DNA from: an uncultured Planctomycetales bacterium
GTDB taxonomy: Bacteria; Omnitrophota; Gorgyraeia; Zapsychrales; Zapsychraceae
DNA length: 64,000 nucleotides
Direction: 5' to 3'
Assembly: GCA_964535935.1 (NCBI GenBank)
Contig: CAZHWM010000021.1
Location: 3,903 to 67,902 of the forward strand
Positions 27,175-37,172 of this stretch are shown here, one piece after another. Every line of letters begins with the position of its first letter. Positions within the stretch are counted from its first letter, which is position 1. The notes below the pieces were generated by a model. The model worked only from the letters and a program-made list of their open reading frames with translations, was not told where the DNA came from and did not search any database. The translations under genes were made by a program, and so were the position numbers.

Positions 27175-28821
27175 ATGCATGTCACTTTTGTTGGTATAGG
27201 ATGGGAACAATTAGGGATAAGTTTACTTTCTGCTATAGCAAAGCGGTATGGACATAGTGTAAATCTTGCTTTTAGTGTATCTTTGTTTAATGACAGGTAT
27301 AATTTTGATGTTCCTGTACTTTCTTCTTTTTTTGATGATACGAAGGATGTGATTGATACTATAGAAAAACAACACCCAGACGTGTTGGTTTTTTCTCCTT
27401 TGACCTGTACTTATCAATGGATGTTATCAGTTGCAGCTGCGGCGAAGCAGATATTACCAAACGTCAAGGTTGTGTTTGGGGGAGTGCATGTGTCGGCGGT
27501 CCCAGAGTTAGTTATCTCAAGAGAAGAGGTGGATTTTATATGTATAGGAGAAGGAGATATTGCTTTTCCTCTAATACTTCAGGTTATTGAAAAGAGATTA
27601 TATGGCAAGATAATTCCTAATACACGTTATAAACTTGCTAATGGTAAAATCATTATCGGGCCTCAGACAGGATTTATTCAAGATTTGGATTCTTTACCCA
27701 TATTTGATAAGCCTTTATGGGAGGATTATATGAGGTTAGGAGATATATATTTTACATTGGCCTCCAGAGGTTGCCCTAATAGATGTAGTTACTGTTTTAA
27801 TAGTTATTTTGCTGGGTTGCATGGTAATTCTCCAATAGGATATGTACGGCATAGAAGTCCAGAACATATGCTTGCAGAGTTGCGCTTTGCTAAAAAACGA
27901 TATAGACTTAAAATAATTGAATTTGAGGATGATGTTTTTACTTTAAATAAAAAATGGCTTAAGGAATTTTTATATAAGTATAAAAAGGAGATAGGGCTCC
28001 CCTTTCAATGTTTATCACATCCCTTATATATGAATAATGAGATAGCTAGATTGTTGGCAGATGCTGGGTGTATTTATGTGCAGATGGGAGTACAGAGTAT
28101 GCATGATGGATACAAACGCAGTGTGCTTAACCGTTATGAGACACAGTCACATATAGAATCTGCATTTAATGCTATGCGTAGGTATAATATTAAGGTAAAG
28201 GTAGATCATATGTTTGCTCTTCCTAATGAGCCTATTGAGGCTCAGGAACTTGCATTAAAGGTATATATGAAATACAGGCCTTTTCGCATTCAAACCTTTT
28301 GGACTAATTTTTTGCCGGGGACAAAGATGTTTCATGAGGCATGTGAATCAGGGCTTATAACCGAATCAGAGGCAGATTTGCTTAATAATGGGATAAATAG
28401 TGACTTTTATAGAAATTCTGCTAAAATTAAAGATCATAGTAAGGAAAGGATATATCATAGATATGAGGCTTGTTTTAAGCTGATACAGTCCTTACCACCA
28501 AAGGCTGTGCAGTATAGTATAACGGTATTGCTTCATATGCCGGTTGTTGTATGTAGGCTGATTAGTTTTTTTATAGATATTTTTAGTGGACTTATTAAAA
28601 GGAATCCTGACCATATAGGGTATGCTAAATATTATCTTTTTCATATTATTAGATTTTTGTTGAAGAAGGTAGGAGTAGAAATTGGTCCTGCTACTAAAGT
28701 AGATAGACAATTAAATTATAAGGATAAGATAGTTGAATGTAGGGAGTATTTCAGAGATATCTCTAAAGAAATAAGTGATAGTAAATTAAAAGAGGAAGAG
28801 GAGGATATGTGCCGTGTCTAA
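27175..28821 (+). CDS. B12-binding domain radical SAM protein (class B rSAM), paralog 2
   Basis: 548 aa, RBS aaggaag. Full-length collinear similarity to 3964-5604 (GWEQLGISLLSAIAK, LAFSVSLFNDR, IPNTRYKL, LDSLPIFDK, EPIEAQE). rSAM motif ASRGCPNRCSYCFN. Confidence 0.8.
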   Translation: MHVTFVGIGWEQLGISLLSAIAKRYGHSVNLAFSVSLFNDRYNFDVPVLSSFFDDTKDVIDTIEKQHPDVLVFSPLTCTYQWMLSVAAAAKQILPNVKVVFGGVHVSAVPELVISREEVDFICIGEGDIAFPLILQVIEKRLYGKIIPNTRYKLANGKIIIGPQTGFIQDLDSLPIFDKPLWEDYMRLGDIYFTLASRGCPNRCSYCFNSYFAGLHGNSPIGYVRHRSPEHMLAELRFAKKRYRLKIIEFEDDVFTLNKKWLKEFLYKYKKEIGLPFQCLSHPLYMNNEIARLLADAGCIYVQMGVQSMHDGYKRSVLNRYETQSHIESAFNAMRRYNIKVKVDHMFALPNEPIEAQELALKVYMKYRPFRIQTFWTNFLPGTKMFHEACESGLITESEADLLNNGINSDFYRNSAKIKDHSKERIYHRYEACFKLIQSLPPKAVQYSITVLLHMPVVVCRLISFFIDIFSGLIKRNPDHIGYAKYYLFHIIRFLLKKVGVEIGPATKVDRQLNYKDKIVECREYFRDISKEISDSKLKEEEEDMCRV

Positions 28822-29626
28822 GAAATTTTTTATATTAATTGTAGCAGGGATTGGCATCGGATTATTATGGATGTCTGTGAATAAAAGAGAACAAAAACCG
28901 GCAGAGGCAGTTGTTTCTCCTGATAAAGAGGCGAGACAGCTCTATACTAAGGCACAGGCATTTGAAAAAGATGGAGAAATGTTGAAGGCCAAGAAGCTAT
29001 ATCAGAAGATTATTTCTGATTATCCTGAATATAGTGATATAGAGGCTGTACAAAAGGATTTAGAATCGCTTAATATGAAGATAATTTTTTCTAATGTTCA
29101 GACACCAGATACTATAATACATGAAGTGGTTAGTGGTGATACTTTGGGTAAGTTGGCCAAAAAATATGGGACCACAGTAGATCTTATAAAAATATCTAAT
29201 AACTTGAAGAGCGATATAATACGCGTAGGCCAGAGGTTACGTATATGGACAGGGAAGTTTAATTTGTTAGTAGATAAGTCTCAAAATATTTTAATGTTAC
29301 GTAAAGGTAATGAGATAATAAAAGTTTACAAGGTTTCTACAGGGAAAAATAACAGTACTCCTACAGGTGAATTTAAGATTACTGTAAAATTAGTGGATCC
29401 AGTGTGGTTTAACAGAGGAGTCATTGTTCCACCAGAGAGCCCGCAAAATGTATTAGGAAGTAGATGGCTTGGATTTAATATTCCAGGATATGGTATTCAT
29501 GGTACGGTTGAACCAGAAACGATAGGTCAGCAGGTTACGGCAGGTTGTGTGAGAATGCGAAATAAAGATGTAGAGGAGTTGTATTCTATCATTCCTTTAG
29601 GAACAAAGGTAACTATTGTAGATTGA
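28814..29626 (+). CDS. L,D-transpeptidase with LysM domain
   Basis: GTG start after gaggaggagga. N-terminal TM/signal anchor. LysM HEVVSGDTLGKLAKKYGTTVDLIKISNNL. YkuD catalytic motif GIHGT...TAGCVRMRN. Confidence 0.85.
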   Translation: MSKKFFILIVAGIGIGLLWMSVNKREQKPAEAVVSPDKEARQLYTKAQAFEKDGEMLKAKKLYQKIISDYPEYSDIEAVQKDLESLNMKIIFSNVQTPDTIIHEVVSGDTLGKLAKKYGTTVDLIKISNNLKSDIIRVGQRLRIWTGKFNLLVDKSQNILMLRKGNEIIKVYKVSTGKNNSTPTGEFKITVKLVDPVWFNRGVIVPPESPQNVLGSRWLGFNIPGYGIHGTVEPETIGQQVTAGCVRMRNKDVEELYSIIPLGTKVTIVD

Positions 29627-29701
29627 TGATATATATACAATATATATTTGTGGTATCTACTATTATTTATTTTTTAACATATTTGAAAATAAGGTAAGAG
29701 T

Positions 29702-30655
29702 ATGGTTATACTTGACTTTGAGAAGCCCATATTTGAGTTGGAATCAAAGATTAGTGAATTGAAAGAGTTTGATTCTGCCAATAATGTTGAGCTTAATCCA
29801 GAATTAAACAGGTTGACGCAGAAACTGGAGAAAATGAAGAATAAAATATATAACAATCTTTCTACTTGGCAGCGAGTTCAGATAGCACGTCATCCAGATA
29901 GACCTTATACATTGGACTATATAAATATGATGATGACAGATTTTATTGAATTACATGGTGATCGACAATTTGCAGATGATCAGGCTATTATTGCAGGATT
30001 TGCCAAAATAGATGGGGCCAAGGTAATGGTTATAGGTCACCAAAAAGGTAGAGATACAAAAGAGAATGTTATGCGTAATTTTGGCTGTGCTCACCCTGAG
30101 GGCTATAGGAAGGCAATTCGGATTATGAGATTGGCAGAGAAGTTTAATCTTCCTATTGTGATTTTTATAGATACACCTGGTGCCTATCCTGGAATTGGCG
30201 CTGAAGAGAGGGGACAGGCTCAGGCAATAGCTGAAAATTTAAGAGATATGTCAAGGATCACATCTCCAATTGTTGCTACAGTTATAGGTGAAGGTGGTAG
30301 TGGTGGGGCCTTAGGAATAGGGATAGCGGATAAAGTTTGTATATTACAACATGCTTACTATTCTGTCATTTCACCAGAAGGATGTGCCTCTATATTATGG
30401 CGTAATAGTTTAAAGGCACCTGAGGCCGCAGAGGCATTAAAGATTACAAGTGAATATTTATTGTCTTTTGGGGTGGTCGATAAAGTCATTCCTGAGCCTT
30501 TAGGAGGAGCTCATCGTGATCCTGCCGCAGTTGCATCCACTCTGAAAAAAAGTATTTTGGAATATATAAAAGAATTGTCCTCTTTATCTAAAGACGCCCT
30601 TCTTGAGCATCGTTATAATAGATTCCGTAGAATAGGTCAATTTTTAGAAAAGTGA
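29702..30655 (+). CDS. accA: acetyl-CoA carboxylase carboxyltransferase subunit alpha
   Basis: 317 aa. Blocks ARHPDRPYTLDY, FIDTPGAYPGIGAEERGQAQAIA and VIGEGGSGGALGIG. Confidence 0.95.
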   Translation: MVILDFEKPIFELESKISELKEFDSANNVELNPELNRLTQKLEKMKNKIYNNLSTWQRVQIARHPDRPYTLDYINMMMTDFIELHGDRQFADDQAIIAGFAKIDGAKVMVIGHQKGRDTKENVMRNFGCAHPEGYRKAIRIMRLAEKFNLPIVIFIDTPGAYPGIGAEERGQAQAIAENLRDMSRITSPIVATVIGEGGSGGALGIGIADKVCILQHAYYSVISPEGCASILWRNSLKAPEAAEALKITSEYLLSFGVVDKVIPEPLGGAHRDPAAVASTLKKSILEYIKELSSLSKDALLEHRYNRFRRIGQFLEK

Positions 30656-30769
30656 TTGTATATATATTTACTGCTTTTTGTTTTTTACAGGGCGGCTAAA
30701 TTGACACACATAGTCTAAATTTTTTAATAGTTAAATTTATTTTAGTTGTGTAGTTAATAATATAGTTTT

Positions 30770-31807
30770 ATGGATAAAACAGATATTCGTGATTTATCAT
30801 ATCAACAACTGTCTGCATATCTGATCTCTCAAGGAGAGAAATCTTTTCGGGCAGGACAAATTTTTGACTGGTTATATAAAAAGGGAGTTACGGATTTTGT
30901 TAGTATGCATAATTTGCCAGTTGCCTTGACCCACAGGTTGGAGAAAGATTTCTCTTTTTTTAAGATTATACTTGAGAAAAAGGAAATTTCTAAAGATAAG
31001 ACAGTAAAACTGCTATTTAGGCTGCATGATGGCGAGAAGATAGAATCCGTGCTTATCCCTTCATCAGATAGACAGACTGTCTGTATTTCAACGCAGGTTG
31101 GTTGCAGGTTCGGATGTAGTTTTTGTGCTAGTCGTATTAATGGTTGGAAAAGGAATTTAACCTGTGCAGAGATTCTCTCTCAGATACTTTTTATAAAGAA
31201 TATGATTAATAAGGGTAAGGTTACACATATTGTATTTATGGGTATAGGAGAGCCTTTAGATAATTTTGACAATATTATGAAGGCTATAGATATAATTAAT
31301 TCAGATAAAGGACTCATGATAGCAGCTAGACGTATAACAATTTCTACTTGTGGTATAATTCCTAAGATAAAAAAATTAGCAGATGATAGTAGGCAAATAG
31401 AGTTATCTGTATCTTTGCATAGCCCGGATGATAAAGTTAGAAGTTTGCTTATGCCAGTAAATAAGAGATATCCTTTATCTGATTTAATCTCAGCATGCAG
31501 GGAATATATTGAGAAAAAACAAAGGCAGGTAACATTTGAATATTTATTAATAAAGGATGTAACATCTACACCAACAGCTGCAAGAAAATTAGGGCGTCTT
31601 TTAAAGGGTATGCTTTGTAAAATTAATTTAATTAATTATAATATAGTAGAGGGTTACAATTTTCTGCCGGCATCAAGGGAAGATATTAATGTCTTTAAAG
31701 AAGAATTACAACGTTATGGTCTCCATTTTACATTTAGAAGGCCGCGAGGTAGAGATATTTCTGCTGCATGTGGGCAATTAAGAAACGATAGGGGCTTTGA
31801 TTGTTAG
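30770..31807 (+). CDS. rlmN: 23S rRNA/tRNA (adenine-C2)-methyltransferase, radical SAM
   Basis: 345 aa. N-terminal FRAGQIFDWLY, rSAM cluster QVGCRFGCSFCAS, MGIGEPLDN, and C-terminal catalytic Cys context ISAACGQL. Confidence 0.9.
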   Translation: MDKTDIRDLSYQQLSAYLISQGEKSFRAGQIFDWLYKKGVTDFVSMHNLPVALTHRLEKDFSFFKIILEKKEISKDKTVKLLFRLHDGEKIESVLIPSSDRQTVCISTQVGCRFGCSFCASRINGWKRNLTCAEILSQILFIKNMINKGKVTHIVFMGIGEPLDNFDNIMKAIDIINSDKGLMIAARRITISTCGIIPKIKKLADDSRQIELSVSLHSPDDKVRSLLMPVNKRYPLSDLISACREYIEKKQRQVTFEYLLIKDVTSTPTAARKLGRLLKGMLCKINLINYNIVEGYNFLPASREDINVFKEELQRYGLHFTFRRPRGRDISAACGQLRNDRGFDC

Positions 31808-31817
31808 TTAGAGTATA

Positions 31818-31847
31818 TATAGTTATAAATTAACTATACATTTTTTT
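31818..31847 (+). terminator. weak AT-rich intrinsic terminator candidate after rlmN
   Basis: 8-bp hairpin tatagtta / taactata with loop taaat, followed by a T7 run (31841-31847). The stem is nearly all A/T, so stability is low. Confidence 0.3.
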
Positions 31848-31865
31848 AAGAAAGGAGATATTTTT

Positions 31866-32342
31866 ATGGGGAAAAGGCCTGATTGGGATGAATATTTTTT
31901 GAAGCTTGCAATGTTAGCATCAGAACGAGCTACATGTCCTAGAATGCATTGTGGATGTGTATTGGTGAAAAATAAAAATGTTATAGCAACAGGATATAAT
32001 GGTTCGATACCAGGCGATGACCATTGCGAGGATGTCGGATGTCTTATTGTTGATAACCATTGCCAACGCACAAATCATGCTGAGATGAATGCATTGATGC
32101 AGGCAGCTAAGAAAGGAGTTGCTGTCGATGGTGCTACAGCCTATGTTACTAATATGCCATGTACTACATGTGCCAAGGCTCTTATAGGAGCGGGGATTAA
32201 GAGAGTTGTTATATTTGCCGATTATCATGACACATTGGCAGCGGAGTTTTTTTCTAAAGCAGGAGTTATAGTCGATAAGATACCTATGCCATCTACAGAA
32301 ATAAATTATAATCTTGAAAGTTATACTTCAGCGAGGGCCTGA
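31866..32342 (+). CDS. dCMP deaminase (ComEB-type cytidine/deoxycytidylate deaminase)
   Basis: 158 aa, RBS aaaggag. Zinc motifs HAEMNAL and PCTTCAKAL. Confidence 0.85.
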   Translation: MGKRPDWDEYFLKLAMLASERATCPRMHCGCVLVKNKNVIATGYNGSIPGDDHCEDVGCLIVDNHCQRTNHAEMNALMQAAKKGVAVDGATAYVTNMPCTTCAKALIGAGIKRVVIFADYHDTLAAEFFSKAGVIVDKIPMPSTEINYNLESYTSARA

Positions 32343-33145
32343 TGAGTGTATTGACAGGTTTTATTGTATTAAGTTCGGTATTATTTTTCTATTATATACG
32401 AAGGCTTGAAAGAAAAACGCTTTTTGTCCCGTCTAAACATATATCATTTATGCCTTCGGCCGTAGGGTTGCAATACGAAGACATATATTTTAAAACCCGA
32501 GATAAACTTCAATTAAACGGTTGGTTTATTCCTGCGGAAGATGCGAAAGCTACATTACTGTTTATTCATGGTAATGCAGGGAATATAGGAGATAGAATTG
32601 ATAAATTTAAATATTTTCATGAAATGGGGATGAATGTATTTATATTTGACTATAGAGGATATGGTAAGAGTTTAGGTCGGCCTACAGAGACAGGTCTTTA
32701 TACGGATGCAGAGGCTGCTTATGACTACCTTACAGTCACAAAGGGAATTGTTCCGGATAAGATAGTGGTGTATGGTGCGTCTTTAGGAGGAGCGGTTGCT
32801 ATTGATTTGGTGTCTAAACAAAAAGTAGCAGGACTTATTGTAGATTCTTCTTTTAGTTGTGCTGCAGATATGGCAAAAATTCTATATCCTTTTGTCCCGT
32901 CGTTTTTAATTAGTGTAAAATTGGATTCTGTATCTAAAATAAGAAATATAGCTGTGCCGAAGTTATTTATACATAGTAAAGATGATGATGTAGTCCCCTA
33001 TGCCTTGGGCAGGAAATTATATGATGCTGCTATGTCTCCTAAATTTTTTGTAGACATAGACGGGGCTCATAATAGTGGTTATATTGTTTCAGAACAGCGA
33101 TTTATTCATGAAATCAAAATATTTCTAGATAAGATATTTAGCTAA
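32342..33145 (+). CDS. alpha/beta hydrolase (BEM46/YqiA-like serine hydrolase) with N-terminal anchor
   Basis: TGATG 1-nt overlap with the upstream stop. HG oxyanion context FIHGNAGN, nucleophile elbow GASLGG, and late D..H (SKDDDVV, GAHN). Confidence 0.8.
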   Translation: MSVLTGFIVLSSVLFFYYIRRLERKTLFVPSKHISFMPSAVGLQYEDIYFKTRDKLQLNGWFIPAEDAKATLLFIHGNAGNIGDRIDKFKYFHEMGMNVFIFDYRGYGKSLGRPTETGLYTDAEAAYDYLTVTKGIVPDKIVVYGASLGGAVAIDLVSKQKVAGLIVDSSFSCAADMAKILYPFVPSFLISVKLDSVSKIRNIAVPKLFIHSKDDDVVPYALGRKLYDAAMSPKFFVDIDGAHNSGYIVSEQRFIHEIKIFLDKIFS

Positions 33146-33169
33146 ATACAGAATTAGTTTTATTTTGAA

Positions 33170-33982
33170 ATGCATATTTTAAAGATAAAAAGTGTCTCCA
33201 ACCCCAAGATTAAAAGGATAATTCGTCTTAGAGGATATAGAGATAGGGCAAAAGAGAAGATTGCTGTAGTTGAGGGAATTCGGGAATTTATGTTGGCGGT
33301 GGATGCTGGAGTTGAGTTTTTGGAAATATATGTATCAGAGGGATTTCTGTCAGAGGGAATAGGTAAGATTATTGCGAATAAGATAAAGTTATTTGATATA
33401 TCTGTGTTTGAGTTAAGTAAACCAGCATTTAGTAAAATTTCTTATTGCAGGAGTACCAAGGGGATATTAGGTGTTTTTAGAACTAGATATGTTTGCTCTT
33501 TAGATTCATTTCCTTTGAGAAAACATGCAATATTTTTTGTAATAGAAGGGATAGAGAAACCAGGGAATATAGGGGCTATTTTACGTACATGCGATGCGGT
33601 TGGAGTTGATGGAGTTTTTTTATGTGACTGTAAAACAGATATCTATAATCCTAATGTTATTCGTTCAAGTTTGGGCACGGTGTTTTCTTTAAAGACAATA
33701 TCCTGTTCTAGTTCACAGGCATTGGATTTTTTTAGATTAAGGGATATTAAGATATACGCAGCATCTCCAGATGCTGAAATAGATTATTTTTCTGTGGATT
33801 TTAGACAAAAGGTGGCGATTGTTGTAGGCAGCGAAGATAGAGGATTGAGCGATTTTTGGTTGAATTCCTCTGATAGATGTGTAGGGATACCTATGAGAGG
33901 AAAGATCGATTCACTTAATGTATCAGTTTCTGCAGCTGTATTACTTTATGAGGCGTTAAGGCAGAGAGGTGCTTATGGTTGA
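33170..33982 (+). CDS. TrmH/SpoU-family RNA 2'-O-methyltransferase
   Basis: 270 aa. SpoU motifs KPGNIGAILRTCDA, VVGSEDRGL and SLNVSVSAAVLLYE. Confidence 0.8.
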   Translation: MHILKIKSVSNPKIKRIIRLRGYRDRAKEKIAVVEGIREFMLAVDAGVEFLEIYVSEGFLSEGIGKIIANKIKLFDISVFELSKPAFSKISYCRSTKGILGVFRTRYVCSLDSFPLRKHAIFFVIEGIEKPGNIGAILRTCDAVGVDGVFLCDCKTDIYNPNVIRSSLGTVFSLKTISCSSSQALDFFRLRDIKIYAASPDAEIDYFSVDFRQKVAIVVGSEDRGLSDFWLNSSDRCVGIPMRGKIDSLNVSVSAAVLLYEALRQRGAYG

Positions 33983-34718
33983 TAAACCAATACGCCTTCA
34001 GGTTTTTCTTTCTCGTAATGGGGTATGTTCTAGGAGAAAGGCATTGGATTTAGTAAAGTCAGGGGTGGTTAGTGTTAATGGAGATATCATATGTGAACCA
34101 TCCTTTAGTATAGTGCCGGGGAAGGATATAGTTGCGGTTAATGGTAAATATGTTAAACCTGTAAATTATGAGTATGTGCTTTTAAATAAACCTGCAGGGT
34201 ATGTAACAACAAAAGCAGATAGATTTGCCAAAAAGACAGTATTTGACCTTCTCCCCAGACATTTACATGTTTTAAATCCTGTAGGCCGTTTAGATAGAGA
34301 TACAGAAGGTCTTCTTTTTTTGACCAATGACGGAGAGTTAGCGTTTTCTTTAACGCACCCTAAATTTAATATTGAGAGGCAATATTTTGTTAAAATAATA
34401 GGGGATTTTAGTAACAGAGATAAAAAATTGCTGGAAAATGGGATTATTATTGACAGCGGAAAGACATTGCCCGCGAGGATACGATATTTATGTAATAAAA
34501 GAGGGATCAGGCAACTATTTATTACAATTTATGAAGGTAAGAAACGCCAGATAAGACGGATGTTTGAGAGAATAGGATGTAAGGTGATTTATTTAAAGAG
34601 ATTATCTCATGGGCCGTTGATGCTTGGTAATCTAAGGCTTGGAGAGTGGCGACACTTAGAAGAAAAAGAAGTAGATATGTTAAAAAATTATATTGCACAA
34701 TTTAACCTTGTTAAATAG
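33975..34718 (+). CDS. RsuA/RluB-family pseudouridine synthase with S4 domain
   Basis: ATG 33975 after gcagagagg (the track start GTG 33969 is also possible). S4 region RLQVFLSRNGVCSRRKA. Catalytic motif GRLDRDTEGLLFLTNDG. The last 7 codons and the stop lie inside repeat copy D. Confidence 0.85.
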   Translation: MVDKPIRLQVFLSRNGVCSRRKALDLVKSGVVSVNGDIICEPSFSIVPGKDIVAVNGKYVKPVNYEYVLLNKPAGYVTTKADRFAKKTVFDLLPRHLHVLNPVGRLDRDTEGLLFLTNDGELAFSLTHPKFNIERQYFVKIIGDFSNRDKKLLENGIIIDSGKTLPARIRYLCNKRGIRQLFITIYEGKKRQIRRMFERIGCKVIYLKRLSHGPLMLGNLRLGEWRHLEEKEVDMLKNYIAQFNLVK

Positions 34719-34754
34719 TGAAAAATGCACAAATCAACAAGGTTGAATTGTGCA
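34694..34754. repeat. palindromic repeat, copy D (inverted doublet, imperfect)
   Basis: cacaatttaaccttgttaaatagtg (34696-34720), spacer aaaaatg, then cacaaatcaacaaggttgaattgtg (34728-34752). The arms are 21/25 complementary. The spacer and right arm are almost identical to copy B. Confidence 0.85.
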
Positions 34755-34786
34755 TTTAAGCATATGCTCATAATAGTGAGATAGAT

Positions 34787-36757
34787 ATGATTACAATAAA
34801 TAATCTTACAATGGGATTTACACAAAGGACGTTGTTTAAGGATGTAAATTTTAGTATCTTTCCAAATGAAAAGATCGGTCTAACAGGACCAAATGGTGCT
34901 GGCAAGACAACTTTATTTTCTATAATTTTGGGAGAGACAGAACCATTGGGTGGAGATGTTCAGATACAGAAGAATATAAACATAGGATATCTTCCACAGG
35001 AAACACAGTTTTCATCTTCAAGAACTGTTATGGAGGAGATGACGGAAGGGGATAGTCGTATACAGGCTTTAATGGAAAAGAAGAGAAGATTAGAAGATGA
35101 AAATAAAGCGTATACTATTCAATATGGAGATATTTTGCAGGAGTTGGAACAGCTTGGTATTTATGAATTGGAACATAGGGCAGAAAAGATACTTTCAGGA
35201 CTTGGTTTTTCAGAGGATGATTTTTATCGACCGATAACTGAACTTAGTGGCGGTTGGCAGATGCGCACGCTTCTTGCCAAATTGTTGACTTATTCATATG
35301 ATTTATTGCTATTGGATGAGCCTACGAATTATTTAGATCTCCCCGCAACATTATGGTTGAAGGATTTCTTGTCGTCTTATAAAGGTGCCTTTATCCTTAT
35401 TTCACATGATAGAGTATTTTTAAATGATGTTACTAATTATACTATTGTGCTGGATAATGGCATGATGTTTAAAGTAAAAGGGAATTATGAGGCATATGAA
35501 CAGCAAAAGCAGATACAACTAAAGACTCTAGAGAAACGACAGAAGGTTATTGAAAAGAAACGCAAGCAATTGGAGAGATTTACCCAGCGTTTTCATGCTC
35601 AGCCAAATCGTGCGGCGGCAGTCAGAAATAAACGTAAGATGATTGAGCGCCTTGAGCGGATTGAATTACCAGAAGAAGGGAAAAGTGTTTCATCTTTTGA
35701 GTTTTCTGATATAGCTGAGAGTGGATATGTTGTTTTAAATATGGAGGGTATAAGGAAATCCTATGGAGATAAGAAGGTCTATGATGGCCTTGATTTGGAG
35801 ATAATTAAGGGTCAGAAAATATGTCTTGTTGGCCCGAATGGTGCAGGTAAATCTACTTTACTTAAGATGATGGCAGGTGTCCTTCCCCCTGACAGTGGAG
35901 TATTGAAATATGGTCATAATGTTAGTAAAGGATATTTTTCTCAGACAAGATTGGATGTCCTTAATCCTAATAATAATGTATTTGATGAGGTTATCTCAGC
36001 AGCACCAGCAGCTACACCAGCAGTAAGGGTGAGAACCTTATTAGGTTTATTTAATTTTCGTGGAGATGATGTTTTTAAAGCTATCAAGGTCCTCTCAGGC
36101 GGTGAAAAGAGCAGGGTTATACTGGCAAAGTTACTCATTAATCCTCCCAATTTTATGCTTCTTGATGAGCCAACAACGCATTTAGATCTTGATGGGGTAA
36201 AGGCATTAACTACGGCCTTTAAAGGCTATACGGGGACAATTTGTTTTATAAGTCATGACTTGTATTTTATACGTGAGATTGCAAATTATATAATAGAAAT
36301 AAATAATGGTTGTATTAAATCTTATCCGGGTGGTTTGGAATATTATTTAGATAAGAAAAAAGGAAATGACAGTACAAGCCTTCAACATTCATCTATTGCA
36401 GGTAAAGGCACTGATAATTTGGGTAGTGAAAAGAAGACTTTAAAGGAGAAAAAGAATAAGTATAAAGATAATATTAATTTGGATTCTAAATTAGATGAAT
36501 TGCATAAAAGGCATAAACAGGCATTAAAACGTTTGTCTCAGATAAAGAATGAGATTAAAAAATTAAGAAAAGAAGAGAAAGAACTTGAAACAGAGAGTTA
36601 TGTAAAATCACGGCTGCTTTCTGAGTCATTTTCTGGCCGGGATCCGCAGACGTTGAAAGAATATGGGAGGAGATTAAAAGACATACAACGGAGATTGCGT
36701 CAGATAAATACAATTATTAAACAACTTGAGGAGGAAAGAGACAGGATAAGTAGATGA
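34787..36757 (+). CDS. ABC-F family ATPase (translation-factor type, no TM domain) with long basic coiled-coil C-terminus
   Basis: 656 aa. Two ABC cassettes: Walker A GPNGAGKTT and GPNGAGKST, signatures LSGGWQMR and LSGGEKSR, Walker B LLLDEPTN and MLLDEPTT. Inter-domain linker, and a K/R/E-rich tail. Confidence 0.9.
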   Translation: MITINNLTMGFTQRTLFKDVNFSIFPNEKIGLTGPNGAGKTTLFSIILGETEPLGGDVQIQKNINIGYLPQETQFSSSRTVMEEMTEGDSRIQALMEKKRRLEDENKAYTIQYGDILQELEQLGIYELEHRAEKILSGLGFSEDDFYRPITELSGGWQMRTLLAKLLTYSYDLLLLDEPTNYLDLPATLWLKDFLSSYKGAFILISHDRVFLNDVTNYTIVLDNGMMFKVKGNYEAYEQQKQIQLKTLEKRQKVIEKKRKQLERFTQRFHAQPNRAAAVRNKRKMIERLERIELPEEGKSVSSFEFSDIAESGYVVLNMEGIRKSYGDKKVYDGLDLEIIKGQKICLVGPNGAGKSTLLKMMAGVLPPDSGVLKYGHNVSKGYFSQTRLDVLNPNNNVFDEVISAAPAATPAVRVRTLLGLFNFRGDDVFKAIKVLSGGEKSRVILAKLLINPPNFMLLDEPTTHLDLDGVKALTTAFKGYTGTICFISHDLYFIREIANYIIEINNGCIKSYPGGLEYYLDKKKGNDSTSLQHSSIAGKGTDNLGSEKKTLKEKKNKYKDNINLDSKLDELHKRHKQALKRLSQIKNEIKKLRKEEKELETESYVKSRLLSESFSGRDPQTLKEYGRRLKDIQRRLRQINTIIKQLEEERDRISR

Positions 36758-37140
36758 GATATATAATTGTAGTAGCTTTTATTTTTTTATTGTGTGTATC
36801 TTTATGTGGATGTTGTATATTATCTCATATGAATGAACTTATTGTATTAAAGAGGTTTGCAGCTGGTCAGGAAGAGATATCAACTCTGATACAACAACAG
36901 GAACAGGCCTTTAGTCGCGTAATAGAAGCAGTTAAATCAGGACAGATGGGGATGTATAAGGACAAAGATAGTATTATGAAGACATTTGGTCATCCTGTAT
37001 TTTCCAGAACAAAAATAAAAGATGGCACACCATGCGAGGTGTGGTTATATAGACATCCTATTAAGTATTTTAATTCGGCTAAGGTGTATATTTTTTTTAA
37101 CAAAAACGGAAAACTTAAGGAATGGAAATATGTCCCTTAA
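36754..37140 (+). CDS. small lipoprotein, unknown function
   Basis: 128 aa. ATGA overlap with the ABC-F stop. Signal peptide ending in a Cys cluster, LCGCC. Confidence 0.4.
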   Translation: MRYIIVVAFIFLLCVSLCGCCILSHMNELIVLKRFAAGQEEISTLIQQQEQAFSRVIEAVKSGQMGMYKDKDSIMKTFGHPVFSRTKIKDGTPCEVWLYRHPIKYFNSAKVYIFFNKNGKLKEWKYVP

Positions 37141-37172
37141 TAAATATTATGTAAAAATGAGAGGAGGTTATT

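Noticed and set aside
13461-34754. The recurring palindromic units read as a CRISPR array or as ordinary rho-independent terminators.
   Set aside because: The copies are 7-14 kb apart, not regularly spaced with short spacers, and no cas genes are present. Only copy A is followed by a T-run; B, C and D are not. The stems are AT-rich with long internal mismatched regions, unlike the clear GC-rich terminator at 57237-57269.
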